Below, piece by piece: positions 1 through 9,992 of a stretch of DNA of 31,230 bases. A program made the translations under genes and the position numbers. Position 1 is the stretch's first letter. Each line of letters starts with the position of its first letter. The notes beneath the pieces were generated by a model. That model saw only the letters and a program-made list of their open reading frames with translations, did no database searches and was not told where the DNA came from. Source of the DNA: a virus (lineage: Duplodnaviria > Caudoviricetes); IMG/VR virus record IMGVR_UViG_3300028008_000065, positions 1-31,230 of that record; one strand, 5' to 3'.

Positions 1-3000
1 TGCCCGTATACAAAATTACCATCTGCACCACGTACCATATAATCAATAAAACCAGCACCATACCATGAATATTCAATACCAATCATCTGCATCTTAGAAG
101 GTTCAAAGTTATATCCACTTGGACCTGTGCCGTCCATTCTATCTAAGTTCCAATCTTTCTGTCTAATTTTTTTATCAGCAACCAAACATACCTTAGTACC
201 AATTGCGGCGTTTACGCCACGATAGTCTGGAGTAACTGTCATTGACGTTTGTGTTGCAATACCGCTAATAACATGAGTCATTCCTCTAATAACAATTCTA
301 TCGCCTGCTTTAAGTTGATCTCTAAATCTAGTGTTTGTACCGGTTACTGTATTTGTATCTGGTAAAATGTTTGCTGTACCTGAAATTTGCTTAGTTGAAG
401 TACGCTGACAACATTGTAAATTAACACCATCATATTCCCAATAAATTCCGTTTTGATCATCGAACACACCCGAACGCACAGTTGCACCGTGCCACTTGTC
501 TGTTGACATTTGTGCGCCAAAACTTAATACCGCTGTTGTTGAGCCTAATCTATTTAAGTTGTTTATAACTTCAAATGTACGCTCGTCAATAACATCATTA
601 ACAATATATGTTCCATTGTACCCTACAGTTTCAATCCCAATTAATTTAATTTGAGCACCAATTTGTAACCCGTGATCATTGTCGTCGAGTTCAACAGTAA
701 GCACTCCGCCAGTTTCAACAGATGTTGATGTTACAGTACGCAAATCGTAACTTGGTGCAAATAATGCACCAGTAGTATACATAATACCTTTACCTGACTG
801 GTATCTAATATACTTTTTACTTTGACGTATTGCTTGTGCGCCGTGCTGTGGGCCACCTGTACCTAATTGCACACCACCGTCAAATGGTCTGTGTATAAAG
901 AATGAATCAGGTCTTGGATAAACTGTACCGTTAATATTATCACCAACTGCATCAATTGTACCTGCGGCTCTAGCAGTATATGTAAGTGATGTTGTACTTG
1001 GAATTGAAGTTGCAATAAATGACCCTGCCGCTAAAGCGTGGTTATTAGTACCAGCATCTGAGTCAACAGTTGTAATAAATGTATCGCCTGGAACTAGCCC
1101 GTGTGCTGAATCAAAATTGATTCTTAATGTAGCCAATGCCGCAAACGTAATATCTAAACTTGTAGGCAACTGTGCTGATGTCGGCGTATCTATTGTAACT
1201 GTACTATAAAGTTGTAAATCATATCCAGCAAATGCTTCGCCGCTAAATGTAAATGTTGTTACTCCGCCTGCACTGTCTACTCCAGTAACTTGTATTTCTA
1301 AATCATGCACACCTGGGTTACCGCCAAGGGTGGCAGCATCTAATTTAATTTTGTTACCAACATCATAATTACTACCGCCTGCATTTCCAACACACTGGCT
1401 ATACGTACCTACTGAACTATCAGCCGATGTGCCGTCACGTGTAACATCAAAACTTGCACCAGAGCCCGATGCGCCTGCTGTATTTGCAGTTACATTTGTA
1501 AATGATCCTACATCAGTACTAGCACTACCTACGCCAGTAACTGCTGTTAATTCGCCAGTTGCAGATACAGTATTAATTGTAACAACTAAATCGTTTAATG
1601 GTGTTGCACCTGCTAAGTTATTACCTAAAACTGTAAATGTTTGTCCTGGATAATAATTATTACCTGCACTACCAATTGCTGTAGTATAATTTCCGCCTGC
1701 TAAGTCTACGTTAAATGTAGCACCGTTACCAATTACTGCTTGAGGTGATGTGTTGCCTAACGAGCCTGCGTTATTAGCAGTACCTGTAACAGTAAATGTT
1801 AAAATAATTCCACTTCCGTCAACAGTATCAACAGTAATAGTACAATCGTTTGCTGTTGTAGCACCGCCTAAATCTGTACCTAAAATTGTAATAGTTTCGT
1901 TTTGAACAAAGTTTGCACCACTAAGATTTAAGTTAGCAGTATACACTGTACCAGTTCTTTCTATATCAAAACTTGCATTTGTACCAGCAAGACTTGCTGT
2001 ACCTGTTACACTTGTATAGTTTACAATAGCATCTGGTGCTGTACCTGATGTTGAGAATGTAGTAATACCACCATCACCGTCTACACCTGTAATTCTAATA
2101 ATTGCATCATTAGTAGAATCGGCGCCGCCACTAAACTGCGAACCATTAACTTTTATTCTATCTTCAACAACGTATCCTGATGTTGCTTTGCCTGCTGTAC
2201 CAGCAGTACTTGCAGTTAAGACTGCACCCGAAGTTAATGTAGAATCATTATCAACGTCAGTAATTGTTAAGATAACATCATTATCTGGAGATATTCCGCC
2301 AATTGATGTACCTTGTATTGTAATAGTTTGGTTAGGCGCATAGTTACTACCGCCGGACACTAATGTAGTTGTATAGGTTTCTAATAATCCGTTAATTGTA
2401 ACATCAAACGAAGCACCACTACCTACTATGTTAGTTGTATTTGATATGTTAGTAAATGACTGATTATTTACTGCTGTACCTGCAACAGTAAATGTTAAAA
2501 TTTCTCCGCCAGTATCAACAGTGTCAATAGTAATAGTAACATCGTTTGTTGGACTTGCGCCACCTACTGCTGTACCTAATACTGTAACAGTATCTAACGC
2601 GGCAAAGCCTGTACCTGTAACAGTAAATGTTGCATTATACGTTGTACCGATTGTTGTCATATTTAAGTTAGCACCAATACCACTACCAGTAGTAGTAAAT
2701 GCTGTACCAATGTAGTTACCAGTAGCATCAGCACCGTTACCTGTAACAGTAGCACCAGTTGGAAATCCTTCACTGTCTACTGCGGTAATTGTTATTTCTG
2801 CATCATTATTAGGTGTAGTACCGCCAAGTAAGTTACCTGAAACTTGAATAACATCATATTGACTGTATCCAGTTACTCCTGCATTTTGAGGATCAATTGT
2901 AACTGAATATGAATTGTTAATACTATCAATATTAAATATAACGCCAGTACCAGTACCGCCTGATACATTACCAGTCATAGCAGGATAAGTTGGATTTACC

Positions 3001-5891
3001 TGTGTTACAGAATTAAATACTCCTCCTTGGTATGCAATGTCAAATATAGCACCGTTGCCGTTGCCGTGATTGTATGTACCGTTTGCTCCAGGAAAACTTG
3101 CAGTACCGTCAAATGCGTTACCAGTTAATGATATTGCTAATAATTCGCCGCCTGTGTCAACTTGGTCAACCGATATAGTTAAATCGTTTGTTGGTGTAAT
3201 ACCGCCTAAAAATTCACCTGTTATTTCTAAGGTATCGCCAACTTGATAATCTTGTCCTGAGTTTACAATAGCATCAAGACTATAATTTCCGCCTGCTCTA
3301 CTAATACTTAAACTAGCACCAAAGCCTAAACTAATAACATTTTGCCCTTCTACTGCGGTGTATTGTACTAAATTACCTTTTACTTCAGTAGTAAACGCAT
3401 CACTAAATGTAATAGTATTACCGACAACACTATTAACTAATGTGCCTGATCCGTCGCCTCTGTCTGCGGCTAAATTTTGTTCAATTCCAGATGCACTTTG
3501 TACAGTAATCTCTGTAGAACCTTGTGCAAAGTCTGCTGTTATGACTGGGTTTGTTATAACTCCGCCTGTACCTACTTTACCAGTAACCTGTGAACCAAGT
3601 TCAATTCCACTTGATGCAGTAAATGGAGCACCAATTTCTGGTGCAAGTCCAACTGTTACAGTAAACGGAATAACATCTTCACCACTATTAACTATTAATG
3701 CTGGACGTATAGTACCCGAACTACCATTACTTTCTACACTGAACGAAGGTACGCCAATACTAGCCCCAGTATAAAATCCTGCTTGTCTTAATTGTGTTGC
3801 TTCTGCTACAATTTGAACATCCCCGCCAGTACCAACTTTTGCTTTTGCATAAAATTGAAAACTAATTGCATTAGGAACTGCAATAATAATAAATGCACCT
3901 TCTGCTCTACTATATCCTTGTACGTCTTGTTTTAAACTTTTGATAGTAATAGCGTCACCAATTTGGAAACCGTGGGCACCTGCTGTTGTAACTGTAATTA
4001 ATGAACTACCAACTCCTGCTGTGCCTGCACTACTATCTGATATAACACTTAACACACTAGTTTCTGTACCTGGTATTTCGTACACACTTGGATAGCCGCG
4101 CATTGTAGCAATAGCACTCCATTTAGTAGGCTGTAATCCATACTCAAAGTCAGCGTCAAGCATTGACATTGGCTCAGCAGTTCTTTGTCTCTCAATAGCA
4201 TCTGTACCAAATTCGTACGGTCTTACAATTAATTCTTCAGTATCTACATAAATCTGTAGTTTATCAGTTAGTGAATTTGTGCTTGTACTTTTATTAAGAA
4301 ATACTCTTGTTACAGCATCAGTTGTTTGTAAATATTTTGGAAAGTCTACGTCTTCGACATATCTAACACCGTTTGTTGATTCAAAATTTGTAATTATTTC
4401 TGTATAGCCGCCAGTATTTGGATCGTTGAATGAATATATAACTTCATTTTCAGAAGTGTTAGTAATTAATAATATATCACTTGAATCATAATTTCCTGGA
4501 AATTTAACATAGCCTGCGCCAGTATCTACAAATGCAGGCCTTGCACTTAGACCGCCTTCAATAGTATCAACTACTAAAGATCCTAAAGATGTAATTGAAG
4601 TGTCTGCCGCAGTTTCAGCATCACTGCCAACAATAGATTGAATTGTGCCTGTTTGTTCATTTGGGTAAGTGGCTTTATTAAAAATATAATCCTTAATTAA
4701 TATAGTTACCCAAGAGTGTGTATCTAATTCAGGATATCGTGTGCCGTCAACTTGTGCAACATCGCCTTCCCAGTACTTACTTGCATAATCATATGTTTTT
4801 AGATTACCGCCGTAGCGTAAATCAAACAAATATGCACTAATAATTAATCCTACATCACGTTCACATTTTGGTTGATTATAAGTGTAATTAAAAAATGCAT
4901 TATCTACAGTTGCTTTAGCAGTTGCATTATTGGCTAAGTCTGTAGCCGCCGCAAGTCCTGCCGCTGGTTCATCTGAATAATTTGGATATGCAAGAGTTGC
5001 TAGTCCGCTAGTATTACCATTAGCAATAGTAAGTTGTGTATTATCTACAAACGTTTTACATTTATCACCTACAGCAATGCTACAATCTTCGCCTGCTGTT
5101 GACTGTGTTAAACTATTACCAGTTGTTCGTGTAACTGTAGCGCCTTCTACAACTTGCTTAATTACAGTACCTAATCTAGTCATACCATCACCTAATGCGG
5201 TTTTGTCAGACGGTGCAGTATCAAGATAAATGTATTCATTAATTGTTCTTACTAAGTTATTAACATCTGTTGCTATATCTTGGGCAATACAATCAAGTAG
5301 TAATCCTAAATTTGTTTCAAAAGTTGCACTTTCTGTAATAGTATTTGACGGAGTATCATCGTTAATATATGCTTTTATTTCAGAAATCATAAACGCTCTG
5401 TTAACAGCAATTCTTGCACCAGCATATCCTAAGTTTAAGTCAACTTCAGCAGTACGAGTTGAAGTTACAAGAGTAGGAGCATTTGCAAATCCGTTGTCAG
5501 CAACATCAATAATTTGATCGATTGCATTTTCTAACGAAGTTTGATATGTGCCAGTTATATTACTAAGTGTAGCAAGACTTGCTTTAAGTCTTGTCCAAGT
5601 TCTCTTACGTGTTAACTTTTGATTAACAGTTTTATTATTTTCAATTTGTCCCCATAAACGTTGAGAAGCCGTTGTACCTAACACAATGTCTTGTTCTAAG
5701 TCTCTTATGCCTGCTACTAATTGTGCATTAAAACTAGTAGCATCAGTTACACGTTCAGCAATAAATTGAGCCGTTTCTGCTTGTATAAACAGTTTATTAT
5801 TTTTCAATAATGTATAAGCATTTGGATATTGATTATCTGTGTAACCTATTCCCGGCTTAAACTTATAATTACTAATCTTCTTCTTTGCCAT
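1..5891 (-). CDS. Giant virion structural / tail fibre-like protein, >1960 aa, 3' end runs off the window (absent from the ORF track)
   Basis: ATG at 5891 (MAKKKISNYKFKPG...). My manual translation stays open to the window edge (...YSWYGAGFIDYMVRGADGNFVYG). Contains a helical KCERDVG..DLRYGGN module, three HG[FL]xxG small beta domains, eight Gly/Thr-rich repeats and a C-terminal RQSKKYIRYQSGKG...WNLDRMDGTGPSG domain typical of large-phage structural proteins. Confidence 0.88.
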   Translation of the reverse strand, partial: MAKKKISNYKFKPGIGYTDNQYPNAYTLLKNNKLFIQAETAQFIAERVTDATSFNAQLVAGIRDLEQDIVLGTTASQRLWGQIENNKTVNQKLTRKRTWTRLKASLATLSNITGTYQTSLENAIDQIIDVADNGFANAPTLVTSTRTAEVDLNLGYAGARIAVNRAFMISEIKAYINDDTPSNTITESATFETNLGLLLDCIAQDIATDVNNLVRTINEYIYLDTAPSDKTALGDGMTRLGTVIKQVVEGATVTRTTGNSLTQSTAGEDCSIAVGDKCKTFVDNTQLTIANGNTSGLATLAYPNYSDEPAAGLAAATDLANNATAKATVDNAFFNYTYNQPKCERDVGLIISAYLFDLRYGGNLKTYDYASKYWEGDVAQVDGTRYPELDTHSWVTILIKDYIFNKATYPNEQTGTIQSIVGSDAETAADTSITSLGSLVVDTIEGGLSARPAFVDTGAGYVKFPGNYDSSDILLITNTSENEVIYSFNDPNTGGYTEIITNFESTNGVRYVEDVDFPKYLQTTDAVTRVFLNKSTSTNSLTDKLQIYVDTEELIVRPYEFGTDAIERQRTAEPMSMLDADFEYGLQPTKWSAIATMRGYPSVYEIPGTETSVLSVISDSSAGTAGVGSSLITVTTAGAHGFQIGDAITIKSLKQDVQGYSRAEGAFIIIAVPNAISFQFYAKAKVGTGGDVQIVAEATQLRQAGFYTGASIGVPSFSVESNGSSGTIRPALIVNSGEDVIPFTVTVGLAPEIGAPFTASSGIELGSQVTGKVGTGGVITNPVITADFAQGSTEITVQSASGIEQNLAADRGDGSGTLVNSVVGNTITFSDAFTTEVKGNLVQYTAVEGQNVISLGFGASLSISRAGGNYSLDAIVNSGQDYQVGDTLEITGEFLGGITPTNDLTISVDQVDTGGELLAISLTGNAFDGTASFPGANGTYNHGNGNGAIFDIAYQGGVFNSVTQVNPTYPAMTGNVSGGTGTGVIFNIDSINNSYSVTIDPQNAGVTGYSQYDVIQVSGNLLGGTTPNNDAEITITAVDSEGFPTGATVTGNGADATGNYIGTAFTTTGSGIGANLNMTTIGTTYNATFTVTGTGFAALDTVTVLGTAVGGASPTNDVTITIDTVDTGGEILTFTVAGTAVNNQSFTNISNTTNIVGSGASFDVTINGLLETYTTTLVSGGSNYAPNQTITIQGTSIGGISPDNDVILTITDVDNDSTLTSGAVLTASTAGTAGKATSGYVVEDRIKVNGSQFSGGADSTNDAIIRITGVDGDGGITTFSTSGTAPDAIVNYTSVTGTASLAGTNASFDIERTGTVYTANLNLSGANFVQNETITILGTDLGGATTANDCTITVDTVDGSGIILTFTVTGTANNAGSLGNTSPQAVIGNGATFNVDLAGGNYTTAIGSAGNNYYPGQTFTVLGNNLAGATPLNDLVVTINTVSATGELTAVTGVGSASTDVGSFTNVTANTAGASGSGASFDVTRDGTSADSSVGTYSQCVGNAGGSNYDVGNKIKLDAATLGGNPGVHDLEIQVTGVDSAGGVTTFTFSGEAFAGYDLQLYSTVTIDTPTSAQLPTSLDITFAALATLRINFDSAHGLVPGDTFITTVDSDAGTNNHALAAGSFIATSIPSTTSLTYTARAAGTIDAVGDNINGTVYPRPDSFFIHRPFDGGVQLGTGGPQHGAQAIRQSKKYIRYQSGKGIMYTTGALFAPSYDLRTVTSTSVETGGVLTVELDDNDHGLQIGAQIKLIGIETVGYNGTYIVNDVIDERTFEVINNLNRLGSTTAVLSFGAQMSTDKWHGATVRSGVFDDQNGIYWEYDGVNLQCCQRTSTKQISGTANILPDTNTVTGTNTRFRDQLKAGDRIVIRGMTHVISGIATQTSMTVTPDYRGVNAAIGTKVCLVADKKIRQKDWNLDRMDGTGPSGYNFEPSKMQMIGIEYSWYGAGFIDYMVRGADGNFVYG
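1240..3330 (-). repeat. Eight ~80-90 aa protein-level repeats, consensus GxGAxFD..Y..GxxY...D.I.I.GxxLGGxTPxND..I.I..VDxxG
   Basis: Cores read from translation: GGITPTND, GGTTPNND, GGASPTND, GGISPDND, GGADSTND, GGATTAND, AGATPLND, GGNPGVHD. Boundaries approximate. Confidence 0.8.
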
Positions 5892-5894
5892 TAA

Positions 5895-6830
5895 TTATAC
5901 CCCAAGTGCAATCGCTAATGCTGTTGATGTGTTGTCTACGTATGTCTTATTACTTATGCCTGTTGCCGTGGTCGGTTGACTAGCAACGGTTCCTGAAGTA
6001 AATGCGCCCGTCGATGGCACCGTAGCGCCAATTGTTGTGTTATCTATTGATGTGTCTACTACAGGAACACTTATGCCTGTAGAATCTAATGTACCTTTTA
6101 ATACATTGTTAATAATAAAATCTACTTTATTACCAGCAGTTAAAACAATATTTGTTCCTGCATTGAATTCAGCAACTCCTAAACCATTAATACTTAATGA
6201 ATCACCAATTAATTTTCCTTGCACAGTCATATTACCAGTAACTGTGCCGTTACCATTTAACGTAAATGCAGTTGCCGTAAGTGATGCAAGTGACGAAAGT
6301 CCATTTACTGTTAGATCATTAAATGTACCGTCTACTGCAATAGGATCACTTACATTAATTGTTCCTTTAACGGTACCTGTTGCATTACCATAATATAATG
6401 TTTCTGGTGCATCTGCTGGAACTGTAAATACAAATTTACCTGTTAGTTTACCTTGCGCCGCGGCGCCACTACTAACTGCGTTATCTACTGCTTGGTGTTC
6501 AATACCATTATTGTATAATGTTACACCAGTTGAATCTAATAAATTGAAAGTAATAGGAGACCCTTCCATACTAAGAGTAAATGAATATATCTGTCCCCGT
6601 GTCATAGCAAGTGTAGGATTATTACCACTGCCTACAATTACAGTTTCACTAGCAATTCTAAATTGTCCAGATAATTCTGTAACTGCAAAGTCACCTGCCG
6701 CATTACCACCACTACCGCCTGCGCCTGCCGCATTAATAGATGTTGCTGTAATATTACCTAATGCATCGACAGTGAAGCCCGGACTTTTAAATCCAAACTC
6801 TGATTCAAATTGACGTTGTTCTACGGCCAC
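5895..6830 (-). CDS. Virion structural protein (311 aa) with degenerate cupredoxin-like domain, beta-rich stalk and C-terminal ALAIALG helix
   Basis: GTG start preceded by GGAG and ATAAATA. PTLAMTRGQIYSF...FTVPADAPETLYY resembles the C-terminal domain of 24405..25121. Ends NKTYVD..ALAIALGV. Confidence 0.75.
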   Translation of the reverse strand: MAVEQRQFESEFGFKSPGFTVDALGNITATSINAAGAGGSGGNAAGDFAVTELSGQFRIASETVIVGSGNNPTLAMTRGQIYSFTLSMEGSPITFNLLDSTGVTLYNNGIEHQAVDNAVSSGAAAQGKLTGKFVFTVPADAPETLYYGNATGTVKGTINVSDPIAVDGTFNDLTVNGLSSLASLTATAFTLNGNGTVTGNMTVQGKLIGDSLSINGLGVAEFNAGTNIVLTAGNKVDFIINNVLKGTLDSTGISVPVVDTSIDNTTIGATVPSTGAFTSGTVASQPTTATGISNKTYVDNTSTALAIALGV

Positions 6831-6850
6831 TTTAGTACTCCAGTTTTATA

Positions 6851-6857
6851 TATTTAT
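6851..6857 (-). promoter_or_regulatory. T4-like late promoter (ATAAATA)
   Basis: GATAAATA in the short intergenic gap ~20 nt upstream of the 6830 start. The same heptamer recurs before several genes. T4 late consensus is TATAAATA. Confidence 0.7.
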
Positions 6858-6868
6858 CCAACAACGAT

Positions 6869-7261
6869 TTAGGTATGACTTCTAAAGTACGTAGCCGCAA
6901 ATGATGCTTTAGCACCTTTGCTTGCATCAGTTTTTGGACTTAGTAATATTTCAACATAAGAGTTTGTAACTGAGGCTGTTATACTTACAAGATCAGTAGT
7001 TGTACTTGCTCTACCATATACAACAATACTTGTCTCATTCGGTGATGCTGTCACTAAACATTTTATGATTTCTTTTTTGTCTTTACCTAATTCGATATTA
7101 ATAGTATATTCAGCACTTGAAAAATCACCCATATACCAACGGTCAAGAGACAGAGAACTTTGTACTGCTTGCCATTTACTGCCATATGAGAAATGGCCAT
7201 CGTTTGCAAGAAGTATTGTTCCTCGTAAACCTCTTTTAAAGTATTTTAATATATCTATCAT
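6869..7261 (-). CDS. Small phage protein (130 aa), probable virion beta-sandwich domain
   Basis: FSSAEYTINI...IVVYG...LVSITASV...VEILLSP resembles the 'YRSAKY..EYG..L..TP' domain I recall in fibres of T4-like aquatic phages. Has its own ATAAATA upstream. Confidence 0.6.
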   Translation of the reverse strand: MIDILKYFKRGLRGTILLANDGHFSYGSKWQAVQSSLSLDRWYMGDFSSAEYTINIELGKDKKEIIKCLVTASPNETSIVVYGRASTTTDLVSITASVTNSYVEILLSPKTDASKGAKASFAATYFRSHT

Positions 7262-7263
7262 AA

Positions 7264-7299
7264 TTCAAACTCGCTTTATACTATTTATCGGAGTTTGAA
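7264..7299 (-). promoter_or_regulatory. 9-bp perfect inverted repeat enclosing a late promoter (ATAAATA, 7282..7288) and covering the translation initiation region
   Basis: Minus strand reads TTCAAACTC-cgATAAATAgtataaagc-GAGTTTGAA-tt-ATG. Confidence 0.7.
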
Positions 7300-7304
7300 G
7301 AAAG

Positions 7305-9110
7305 TCACGAAGTGTTTTTAACTGTAATTAACTTTCCAAACTCAGGAAGATACAAATATTCAATATCACTATTCTCTAATGTCCAAATAGCATCTTCAAA
7401 TGTTTCGACCAATGGCTCGCCACCTAAATTAAAACTAGTATTAAAGATAATCGGACATCCTGTCTTTTCTTTAAATGCTTTAATTAAATCATAGTAGTGT
7501 GGGTTTTGTTCATGTGTTACTGTTTGAATACGACAAGTTCCATCTACGTGAATAATAGCAGGAATCTTTTCTTCAATGCCTGGTTGACAATTTACAGCAT
7601 ACATCATGTGCGGACTATCTTCCATACCACGCAAATCAAACCATTCATGTACATCGTCTTGTAAAATACTACCTGCAAACGGACGGAAATATTCTCTGTG
7701 TTTTACTTCGTTAACAAAGTCTTTACCATCTGGATCAGTTGGGTCGTACAGTACACTTCGATTGCCTAATGCTCTCGGACCATTTTCACTTTTACCTTGG
7801 AACAAAGTAACAATATTTTTACTTGTAATTAAGTTTACTACATCCTCGTGAGTAGCATCTTTAATTTCAACTCCGGCTAAATTAGCCTTATCAATAATTT
7901 GCTCAGTAGTATAGTTATTATCCGGACCTAGATAAAGTGTTTGTGTTTGGCGTTTTTCAGTATCATCTTCAAGGCCATACCAAAACATCATTGCCGCGCC
8001 CATTGCTGTTCCTGCATCGTTACTTACTGGTTCGACATAAATTTCAATACCGTCATCTTTTAATGCTTCTAGATAATGATAATTAGCAACGCAATTAAGT
8101 CCGTAGCCGCCACTAATAACTACTTTCTTTTTACCTGATAAATCTACAGCATTACGTATTAATTCTACAACTTGTTCCTGTGTTTCTGTTTGTACTGCAT
8201 ATGCAATATCACGTCTACTTTGTAATAGTGTTACATCATCGTCTTTAGATTTTGCATGTTCGTTTAATTCTTCATATAACCCTGAATTAATAAATGCTCC
8301 ATTAGGATAATTTGGCACTACAATATTTCTATTTGTTAGTGTATAGTCAGTATCGGATTCAAATAACTTTGGAAACTTATCGTTAGATTTACCATAAGGA
8401 AATAGTCCCATAGTTTTTCCGGCTTCAATACTCGACCATCCACAGTACATAGTAGCGGCTTCATATGCTTTAACGATACCTGCTCTGTCACTTACAACTG
8501 CTGAGTGTGTACGGCCGCTTTCGCCAAATTGGGCGCTATCCATTTGTACAATGCCGCCCTGTATAGGATCTCTAGTTCCGTATACTTTATGCATTGTATT
8601 AAATACTGCCGGATAATCACAGTCAATAATGCTTTCGACTTCCCAACTCATTACTTGTTCATTATTAATACCTAACGGAACAAACGTACCAGCGCCGTCA
8701 ACAATAACACTTACTGCACTATCAAATCCAGAACGGTAAAATGCACAAGCACTGTGTAACTTATGATGCATAAATGCCAAATCAATAACTTGAGGATGTT
8801 CATATGTAGTAGCATTTGACTTTTTATCAATTAATCCTAATTTACGTGCAAGTCCTGTATACACATCGTCACCACTATAATCAACCTTACCGGCTGTTTC
8901 TGCTAATTTTTGTGTATGTGCAATGACAAGATAATCTAACCTATCAGTGTATTCAAGTATTTTGACCATTGATGCAAACGGTCCGCCGTCGTACTTTTGA
9001 CGACTTAGTCTTTCTTCTTCAACAGCAAATACAACTTCACCGTCTTTAATTAAACATACTCCAGCGTTATGTCCTCTTGCTATACCTGCGATCCATACTG
9101 GTCTGCTCAT
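7305..9110 (-). CDS. O-carbamoyltransferase, NodU/CmcH/TobZ family (601 aa)
   Basis: Family motifs in the expected order: GHN..EEERLSRQK, HHKLH, VDGAG, GKTMGLFPYG, SGGYGLNCVAN, DAGTAMGAA, ENGPRALGNRS, VKHREYFRPFA, HVDGTCRIQTV, NTSFNLGGEPLV. Confidence 0.95.
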   Translation of the reverse strand: MSRPVWIAGIARGHNAGVCLIKDGEVVFAVEEERLSRQKYDGGPFASMVKILEYTDRLDYLVIAHTQKLAETAGKVDYSGDDVYTGLARKLGLIDKKSNATTYEHPQVIDLAFMHHKLHSACAFYRSGFDSAVSVIVDGAGTFVPLGINNEQVMSWEVESIIDCDYPAVFNTMHKVYGTRDPIQGGIVQMDSAQFGESGRTHSAVVSDRAGIVKAYEAATMYCGWSSIEAGKTMGLFPYGKSNDKFPKLFESDTDYTLTNRNIVVPNYPNGAFINSGLYEELNEHAKSKDDDVTLLQSRRDIAYAVQTETQEQVVELIRNAVDLSGKKKVVISGGYGLNCVANYHYLEALKDDGIEIYVEPVSNDAGTAMGAAMMFWYGLEDDTEKRQTQTLYLGPDNNYTTEQIIDKANLAGVEIKDATHEDVVNLITSKNIVTLFQGKSENGPRALGNRSVLYDPTDPDGKDFVNEVKHREYFRPFAGSILQDDVHEWFDLRGMEDSPHMMYAVNCQPGIEEKIPAIIHVDGTCRIQTVTHEQNPHYYDLIKAFKEKTGCPIIFNTSFNLGGEPLVETFEDAIWTLENSDIEYLYLPEFGKLITVKNTS

Positions 9111-9113
9111 AAT

Positions 9114-9989
9114 TTAAAATCCTCTGTAATTGTTTAGCCATCCTGGCAATGTGTTATTCACTTCTTCACAAAAATAATCAAAATCCTTATGACAGTTTTC
9201 ATATAGTGTGTTTACTTTATCTATCCATTTAATTGCTTTTGGGTGCAAGTCTTGGCTTTCACCAAATTTTGGTTTAATTTTATTTTTTAGGTAATCAGCA
9301 TGTTGTAGTACTGTTGGATGCCGATCTAAACAAAATTCAGCACCTCCACCACTTAATCTAAATTTGTAAGGTTTAGTTTCATGGTTCCATGCATATGTTC
9401 CAATCGGAGTAATCCATCTATCAATGTCGTCAAATAATTTATCTTTATATATTGCTAACTTAGGAACATCATTCCATAAGTCCATATTAGACTGTAACTT
9501 TTCGCCATGATCTTCATCGTGAGGATAATCTGAATTCATTTTATTAATATATCCCATACTTGTCATATAGTAGTCGCAACCAATACTTTTTAACATTTGT
9601 TTAGTTAATAATATATTATTAAGTGAATGCATTATATAACTATATTCATCAAAGAATGTTTTGACCCAATCTTTATCAAATATATCTTCGTTTATATAGT
9701 TAAAAATACTTCCTGAAGTTTTCCATCCAACACCTTTTAACTTACCATGGCGTACGTCATTTGAATGCCAGTCATGTCTTAAATGACTAGTCCATTGTAC
9801 TATAACTGTATCATGTCGTGTAAGTGTTTCTCTAGCATGTAGTTCAGCAACACGTTCAGCAATAGCACGATTTCCTAATCCAGGATACGCCCAATTTTCA
9901 TAAACATCAAATTCTAATCCTAACATATCTGCCCAAGACGGCCATGCATAATTAGTAAATGAACATCCGAGAACAAATAGACGTTTCAC
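9114..9989 (-). CDS. SGNH/GDSL-like hydrolase or acyltransferase (291 aa)
   Basis: GTG start. Block I-like LFVLGCSFT, block II-like PGLGN, VIVQWT strand and late DRHPT (Asp/His of a catalytic triad). Confidence 0.65.
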   Translation of the reverse strand: MKRLFVLGCSFTNYAWPSWADMLGLEFDVYENWAYPGLGNRAIAERVAELHARETLTRHDTVIVQWTSHLRHDWHSNDVRHGKLKGVGWKTSGSIFNYINEDIFDKDWVKTFFDEYSYIMHSLNNILLTKQMLKSIGCDYYMTSMGYINKMNSDYPHDEDHGEKLQSNMDLWNDVPKLAIYKDKLFDDIDRWITPIGTYAWNHETKPYKFRLSGGGAEFCLDRHPTVLQHADYLKNKIKPKFGESQDLHPKAIKWIDKVNTLYENCHKDFDYFCEEVNNTLPGWLNNYRGF

Positions 9990-9992
9990 TTG

